Below, piece after piece: positions 40,253 through 45,850 of a DNA stretch of 45,850 bases. The notes beneath the pieces are model-generated. The model worked only from the letters and a program-made list of their open reading frames with translations. It made no database searches and had not been told where the DNA came from. The position numbers were made by a program, and so were the translations under genes. The number at the start of each line of letters is the position of its first letter. Positions within the stretch are counted from its first letter, which is position 1. The DNA comes from a virus (taxonomy: Duplodnaviria > Heunggongvirae > Uroviricota > Caudoviricetes). The stretch lies in the IMG/VR virus record IMGVR_UViG_650377933_000003. The stretch is one strand, 5' to 3'.

Positions 40253-40783
40253 ATGGATTTCGACACAATCATGGAAAAGGCTTACGAAGAATACTTCGAA
40301 GGCCTTGCCGAAGGCGAAGAAGCTCTCAGCTTCAGTGAGTTTAAACAGGCACTCAGAATAAGAATGTGCTCTCACAATGACGCGGAGCACAAATATGAGA
40401 AGCAAAATCAGACCGCAGAAAATTTTGTTCTGGAACCCGGAGAAACGCTTTTCAAAATTCCCGTTACGTGCCCCATTTGCGGTTTTACATCAGAAGAACT
40501 TGACGACTCCTGTAACAATCAGGAAACAACCAAGTATGTCGAAGATGATACCGAGTGCGCACGAAGAACGATTATATCCACGAGTCCAAACTCCAGGACC
40601 AATAAAAAAGATGCCGGAGGACAAAAAACCCAATGGAACAACGGGATATCTGTCAAAAAAAGACGTTCCATTAAAGACAAACAACGCAGCGCCAACAACT
40701 GTAAGCGCTTTATACCAGTAATCAATTTTCATGTTCTTAAGCGGATTTATTGGTGGTTGCGACATTGCTTAATGAATCCTTAA
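40253..40783 (+). CDS. Hypothetical protein (176 aa), YdfB-like N-terminus; Cys-containing middle and basic C-terminus
   Basis: ATG at 40253 (MDFDTIMEKAYEEYFEGLAEGEEALSFSEFKQ...); the relation to K-12 ydfB/ydfC, which are shorter, is not resolved. Confidence 0.45.
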   Translation: MDFDTIMEKAYEEYFEGLAEGEEALSFSEFKQALRIRMCSHNDAEHKYEKQNQTAENFVLEPGETLFKIPVTCPICGFTSEELDDSCNNQETTKYVEDDTECARRTIISTSPNSRTNKKDAGGQKTQWNNGISVKKRRSIKDKQRSANNCKRFIPVINFHVLKRIYWWLRHCLMNP

Positions 40784-41042
40784 AACTGTGGTGATTTTAA
40801 GGATACCACCTCGCCTGACGTGGTTAAAAGCAGGCACACAACACGAAAGCGCACGGCGAAGTTCGTCTCACTGTACGGTGTCGTTAAATTTAATTCGACC
40901 GTGCGCTTCCGGTTGTGGCAACCCGCGAAATGGCGCGGCGGTAAGTATGGCGGGGTTATTCCTTCCCCGTTGAGGACACCGGGTTGTCAGGTTGACCATA
41001 CGCTTAAGTGACAACCCCGCTGCAACGCCCTCTGTTATCAAT

Positions 41043-41095
41043 TTTCTGGTGACGTTTGGCGGTATCAGTTTTACTCCGTGACTGCTCTGCCGCCG
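41043..41095 (+). ncRNA. dicF: DicF small RNA (ftsZ-targeting)
   Basis: TTTCTGGTGACGTTTGGCGGTATCAGTTTTACTCCGTGACTGCTCTGCCGCC matches the recalled DicF sequence, ends in a GC stem and is followed by a T-run; between the ydfB-like gene and dicB. Confidence 0.7.
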
Positions 41096-41269
41096 TTTTT
41101 AAAGTGAATTTTGTGATGCGGTGAATGCGGCTGAGCGCACGCGGAACAGTTAAAACCAAAAACAGTGTTATGGGTGGATTCTCTGTATCCGACGTTAATT
41201 GTTAACTGGTTAACGTCACCTGGAGGCACCAGGCACTGCATCACAAAATTCATTGTTGAGGACGCGATA

Positions 41270-41458
41270 ATGAAAACGTTATTACCAAACGTTAATACGT
41301 CTGAAGGTTGTTTTGAAATTGGTGTCACTATCAGTAACCCAGTATTTACTGAAGATGCCATTAACAAGAGAAAACAAGAACGGGAGCTATTAAATAAAGT
41401 ATGCATTCTTTCAATGCTGGCCCGTTTACGTCCGATACAAAAAGGATGCTGGCAATGA
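41270..41458 (+). CDS. dicB: Cell-division inhibitor DicB (62 aa)
   Basis: MKTLLPNVNTSEGCFEIGVTISNPVFTEDAINKRKQERELLNKVCILSMLARLRPIQKGCWQ matches recalled DicB. Confidence 0.85.
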   Translation: MKTLLPNVNTSEGCFEIGVTISNPVFTEDAINKRKQERELLNKVCILSMLARLRPIQKGCWQ

Positions 41459-41646
41459 ATACAGCATTTGCACTTGTTCTGACAGTTTTTCTTGTTTCCG
41501 GAGAACCAGTTGATATTGCAGTCAGTGTTCACAGGACAATGCAGGAGTGTGTGACTGCAGCAACCGAACAGAAAATTCCCGGTAACTGTTACCCTGTCGA
41601 TAAAGTTATTCACCAGGATAATAACGAAATCCCGGCAGGTCTTTAA
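41455..41646 (+). CDS. ydfD: YdfD-like small membrane lysis protein (63 aa)
   Basis: MNTAFALVLTVFLVSGEPVDIAVSVHRTMQEC...; start overlaps the dicB stop (ATGA). Confidence 0.8.
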   Translation: MNTAFALVLTVFLVSGEPVDIAVSVHRTMQECVTAATEQKIPGNCYPVDKVIHQDNNEIPAGL

Positions 41647-41739
41647 AACAGTTCCGTAATAAACATCCGATTTCATTCTTATATGCCAGCAATGGCAGGG
41701 ATTTGTTCACCCTTAAATCTGTCATGAGGTTAAAACAAA

Positions 41740-44211
41740 ATGAGTAAAGTCTTTATTTGCGCCGCCATTCCGGACGAACAGGCAATAAAGGAAGAAGGTG
41801 CAATCGCTGTAGCCACTGCCATTGAAGCCGGTGATGAACGTCGCGCCCGCGCAAAATTTCACTGGCAATTCCTGGAACATTATCCGGTTGCTCAGGACTG
41901 CGCTTATAAATTTCTTGTTTGCGAGGATAAACCCGGTATACCCCGCCCTGCCCTCGATTCCTGGGATGCTGAATATATGCAGGAAAACCGCTGGGATGAG
42001 GAGTCTGCTTCCTTTGTCCCGGTTGAGACTGAATCAGATCCGATGAACGTCACTTTTGACAAGCTGGCCCCTGAAGTACAGAACGCTGTCATGGTTAAGT
42101 TCGACACATGTGAAAACATCACCGTTGATATGGTGATTAGCGCGCAGGAATTGTTGCAGGAAGACATGGCAACATTCGACGGACATATCGTTGAAGCGTT
42201 GATGAAAATGCCAGAAGTTAACGCCATGTATCCGGAGCTTAAGCTGCATGCCATCGGGTGGGTTAAACATAAATGTAATCCTGGAGCTAAATGGCCCGAA
42301 ATTCAGGCAGAGATGCGCATCTGGAAAAAACGTCGCGAAAATGAACGCAAGGAAACCGGAAAATACACGTCTGTTGTTGATCTCGCCCGCGCCAGAGCCA
42401 ATCAACAGCACACTGAAAATTCAACAGGAAAAATCAACCCGGTCATTGCTGCCACTCATCGCGAATACAAGCAGACATGGAAAACACTGGATGACGAACT
42501 GGCCTACGCTCTCTGGCCTGGTGATGTGGATGCCGGAAACATTGACGGCAGCATCCATCGCTGGGCAAAAAATGAAGTTATCGACAACGACCGCGAAGAC
42601 TGGAAGCGTATCTCGGCATCAATGCGCAAACAGCCTGATGCCCTTCGCTACGACCGCCAGACTATTTTTGGCCTTGTCCGTGAACGTCCGATCGACATTC
42701 ACAAAGACCCTGTGGCACTGAACAAATACATTACTAAATACCTGACTACAAAGGGCGTGTTTGAAGATGAAGGAACAAATCAGAGCGCAACTGATACTCT
42801 CTCGTCGCCAGTACCAGAAACTGATGCAGTGGAAACGGCAATTCCGGGCAACGAAAAAACTGAATGCAAAGTGGAAGTCGAACCATCTGTAGAGCGTGAG
42901 GGGCCGTTCTACTTCCTCTTTACCGACAAGGATGGCGAAAAATACGGTCGCGCAAACAAACTTTCTGGTCTGGATAAGGCGCTGGCTGCCGGGGCTACTG
43001 AAATCACGAAAGAAGAATATTTCGCCCGCAAAAACGGTACATACTCAGGTTCACAACAAAATACTGGTGCATCTGACACGACCGCACAACCAGAGCCGGT
43101 AAAAATTACCGCTGACGAAGTAAACAAAATTATGCAGGCAGCCAATATCAGCCAGCCTGACGCCAATCAGTTGCTTGCTGTATCACGTGGTGAATTTGTT
43201 GCAGGGATTAGCGATCCGAATGATCCGAAATGGGTGAAGGGGATTGAAACCCGCGATTCAGTGAACCAGAACCAGCAAGAAACGGAACAGAACGACCAGA
43301 AAGCGGAACAAAACAGCCCAAATGCGTTACAAAACGAGCCAGAAACGAAACAACCTGAGCCAGTAGCGCAACAGGAAGCGGAAAAAATCTGCACCGCCTG
43401 CGGTCAGACCGGCGGCGGCAACTGCCCTGAATGTGGTGCGGTGATGGGCGACGCAACATACCAGGAAACATTCGATGACAAGAACCAGGTTGAAGTTCAG
43501 GAAGACGATTCGGAGAAAATGGAAGGCGCTGAACATCCACACAAGGAGAATGCTGGCAGCGCTCAGGACCACGCCAGCGATAGTGAAACTGGCGAGACGG
43601 CAGATCCCTTAATTACGGTGAACGGTCATCACGTTATCACATCCACCAGCAGGACGTGTGACCATCTAATGATCGACCTTGAAACCATGGGAAAAAATCC
43701 TGATGCCCCGATTATCTCAATAGGCGCAATATTTTTCGATCCACAAACCGGAGATATGGGACCGGAATTTAGCAAGACCATAGATCTGAATACTGCTGGC
43801 GGAGTCATTGATCGTGACGTCATTAAATGGTGGCTGAAGCAATCACGTGAAGCGCAGTCTGCCATTATGACCGATGAAATCCCGTTAGATGATGCACTGT
43901 TACAATTGCGGGAATTTATCGACGAAAACTCCGGTGAATTTTTTGTTCAGGTCTGGGGAAATGGAGCCAACTTCGACAACACGATTTTGCGCCGTTCATA
44001 CGAACGGCAGGGGATCCCCTGCCCGTGGCGTTACTACAACGATCGCGATGTACGCACAATCGTTGAGCTGGGGAAAGCCATAGACTTCGATGCCAGAACG
44101 GCTATTCCATTCGAAGGTGAGCGGCATAATGCACTTGATGACGCCCGTTACCAGGCAAAATACGTTTCAGTTATCTGGCAAAAACTGATCCCGAGTCAGG
44201 CTGATTCTTAA
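41740..44211 (+). CDS. YdfE-like N-terminal region fused to a Q/E-rich linker, CxxC...CxxC zinc ribbon and C-terminal DEDDh 3'-5' exonuclease domain (823 aa)
   Basis: N-terminus MSKVFICAAIPDEQAIKEEGAIAVATAIEAGDERRARAKF... recalled as YdfE; zinc ribbon CTACGQTGGGNCPECG; exonuclease motifs MIDLETMG, WGNGANFDNTIL, HNALDDARYQAKYV. Confidence 0.8.
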   Translation: MSKVFICAAIPDEQAIKEEGAIAVATAIEAGDERRARAKFHWQFLEHYPVAQDCAYKFLVCEDKPGIPRPALDSWDAEYMQENRWDEESASFVPVETESDPMNVTFDKLAPEVQNAVMVKFDTCENITVDMVISAQELLQEDMATFDGHIVEALMKMPEVNAMYPELKLHAIGWVKHKCNPGAKWPEIQAEMRIWKKRRENERKETGKYTSVVDLARARANQQHTENSTGKINPVIAATHREYKQTWKTLDDELAYALWPGDVDAGNIDGSIHRWAKNEVIDNDREDWKRISASMRKQPDALRYDRQTIFGLVRERPIDIHKDPVALNKYITKYLTTKGVFEDEGTNQSATDTLSSPVPETDAVETAIPGNEKTECKVEVEPSVEREGPFYFLFTDKDGEKYGRANKLSGLDKALAAGATEITKEEYFARKNGTYSGSQQNTGASDTTAQPEPVKITADEVNKIMQAANISQPDANQLLAVSRGEFVAGISDPNDPKWVKGIETRDSVNQNQQETEQNDQKAEQNSPNALQNEPETKQPEPVAQQEAEKICTACGQTGGGNCPECGAVMGDATYQETFDDKNQVEVQEDDSEKMEGAEHPHKENAGSAQDHASDSETGETADPLITVNGHHVITSTSRTCDHLMIDLETMGKNPDAPIISIGAIFFDPQTGDMGPEFSKTIDLNTAGGVIDRDVIKWWLKQSREAQSAIMTDEIPLDDALLQLREFIDENSGEFFVQVWGNGANFDNTILRRSYERQGIPCPWRYYNDRDVRTIVELGKAIDFDARTAIPFEGERHNALDDARYQAKYVSVIWQKLIPSQADS

Positions 44212-44283
44212 TGTTCAACTGTCGCCGGTTGTGACTGGTATTCTGCAACCGGCGCTCGTCTGATGTAAGAGATAAAGAAATCG

Positions 44284-44535
44284 ATGAGCGAAGTAATCAT
44301 GATTGTCTCTCCCGGCAAATGGGTATCCGAAGAGCAGTTAATTGCGCTGAAAGGAATAAAAAAAGGTACGTTAAAAAAGGCCCGGGAAAAATCGTTTATG
44401 GAAGGAAGGGAATATAAGCATGTCGCTCATGACGGTATGCCATGGGATAACAGTCCATGCTTTTACAACCTGGAAGAAATTGATCGCTGGATTGAGCGCC
44501 AGGCATCAGCGAGACCAAGACGTCATCTTACTTGA
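44284..44535 (+). CDS. Excisionase-like small protein
   Basis: 83 aa basic protein immediately upstream of the integrase; identity by position only. Confidence 0.5.
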   Translation: MSEVIMIVSPGKWVSEEQLIALKGIKKGTLKKAREKSFMEGREYKHVAHDGMPWDNSPCFYNLEEIDRWIERQASARPRRHLT

Positions 44536-44569
44536 CTAAAAGCCACACTAACTAATGAGAGAGGTTGAA

Positions 44570-45850
44570 ATGAAATATCCGACAGGCGTGGAAAACCATG
44601 GAGGGAAATTACGTATCTGGTTTGTTTATAAAGGCGTAAGAGTCAGGGAAAATCTGGGGGTTCCTGACACAGCAAAAAACAGGCGCGTTGCAGGTGAACT
44701 ACGCGCCTCTGTTTGTTACGCAATAAAAACTGGTGTTTTCGACTATGCAAAACAGTTTCCCTCCTCACGCAATCTGGAAAAATTTGGTGAGGCCCGACAA
44801 GATTTAACCATAAAAGAACTGGCTGAAAAATTTCTGGCACTGAAAGAAACTGAAGTCGCCAAAACATCACTCAACACATACCGTGCCGTCATCAAAAATA
44901 TCCTGAGCATAATCGGTGAAAAAAATCTTGCCTCATCGATTAATAAAGAAAAATTACTGGAGGTTCGTAAAGAGCTACTGACTGGATACCAGATCCCCAA
45001 AAGTAACTATATTGTTACACAACCAGGGAGATCGGCTGTAACTGTAAATAATTACATGACAAATCTTAACGCCGTGTTCCAGTTTGGTGTTGATAACGGT
45101 TACCTGCCAGATAATCCGTTTAAGGGGATCTCGCCATTAAAGGAATCAAGAACCATTCCGGATCCTCTTTCGCGGGAGGAATTTATCCGTCTTATCGATG
45201 CGTGCAGAAATCAGCAAGCAAAAAATTTATGGTGTGTTTCTGTTTATACTGGCGTTCGCCCTGGTGAGCTGTGTGCACTTGGATGGGAGGACATAGATCT
45301 GAAAAATGGAACAATGATGATCAGGAGAAATTTAGCAAAAGACCGTTTCACGGTACCAAAAACACAGGCGGGAACCAATCGGGTCATTCATCTTATTAAG
45401 CCAGCAATCGACGCTCTCCGGAGTCAGATGACATTAACGAGACTGAGCAAAGAGCATATCATTGATGTTCACCTCAGAGAGTATGGCAGAACAGAAAAAC
45501 AAAAATGCACCTTTGTTTTTCAACCTGAAGTGTCAGCGAGAGTAAAAAATTATGGTGACCATTTTACCGTTGACTCAATAAGGCAGATGTGGGACGCAGC
45601 GATAAAACGTGCCGGACTCCGCCATCGAAAATCATATCAGTCGAGACATACTTATGCCTGCTGGTCGCTGACAGCTGGTGCTAACCCGGCATTTATAGCA
45701 AACCAGATGGGCCATGCAGATGCGCAAATGGTATTTCAGGTATACGGAAAATGGATGTCTGAAAACAATAATGCACAGGTAGCTTTGTTAAATACACAGT
45801 TAAGCGAGTTTGCCCCAACCATGCCCCATAACGAAGCAATGAAAAATTAA
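44570..45850 (+). CDS. Tyrosine recombinase, phage integrase family
   Basis: C-terminal catalytic region with R...H-x-x-R...Y signature (YTGVRPGELCAL, HRKSYQSRHTYAC, ...VFQVYGKW); GAGAGG upstream of the ATG at 44570; stop at the window end. Confidence 0.9.
   Translation: MKYPTGVENHGGKLRIWFVYKGVRVRENLGVPDTAKNRRVAGELRASVCYAIKTGVFDYAKQFPSSRNLEKFGEARQDLTIKELAEKFLALKETEVAKTSLNTYRAVIKNILSIIGEKNLASSINKEKLLEVRKELLTGYQIPKSNYIVTQPGRSAVTVNNYMTNLNAVFQFGVDNGYLPDNPFKGISPLKESRTIPDPLSREEFIRLIDACRNQQAKNLWCVSVYTGVRPGELCALGWEDIDLKNGTMMIRRNLAKDRFTVPKTQAGTNRVIHLIKPAIDALRSQMTLTRLSKEHIIDVHLREYGRTEKQKCTFVFQPEVSARVKNYGDHFTVDSIRQMWDAAIKRAGLRHRKSYQSRHTYACWSLTAGANPAFIANQMGHADAQMVFQVYGKWMSENNNAQVALLNTQLSEFAPTMPHNEAMKN

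Overview
This window reads as an Escherichia-type chromosomal flank (YdfJ-like MFS transporter, 1..1284) followed by a near-complete lambdoid prophage sitting in the Qin (ydfJ) locus and running off the right edge. Gene order, left to right: ydfK-like and a Pin-family invertase; a tail-fibre module; a lambda-like tail set (J, I, K, L, M, H, G/GT, V, U, Z); head and packaging genes (FII-like, ClpP-protease/capsid fusion, portal, W-like, large and small terminase); a lambda-like cos; Qin-type accessory genes (ydfO, gnsB, three cold-shock paralogs); a P21-type lysis cassette; Q antiterminator; DUF968; hok toxin; a replication module with in-gene iterons; the dicC/dicA immunity switch; ydfA, dicF sRNA, dicB, ydfD; an 823-aa YdfE-like/DEDDh exonuclease fusion; excisionase; and integrase. 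The best candidate for an undescribed system is a visibly AT-rich single-gene insertion at 35493..36980 encoding a 495-aa P-loop NTPase with NACHT/STAND-like Walker motifs, lying between hok and the replication genes. All calls are by eye from the six-frame translations and my memory of lambda, P21 and E. coli K-12 Qin proteins; no database search was run, so family names and gene symbols are recollection, not verified hits.
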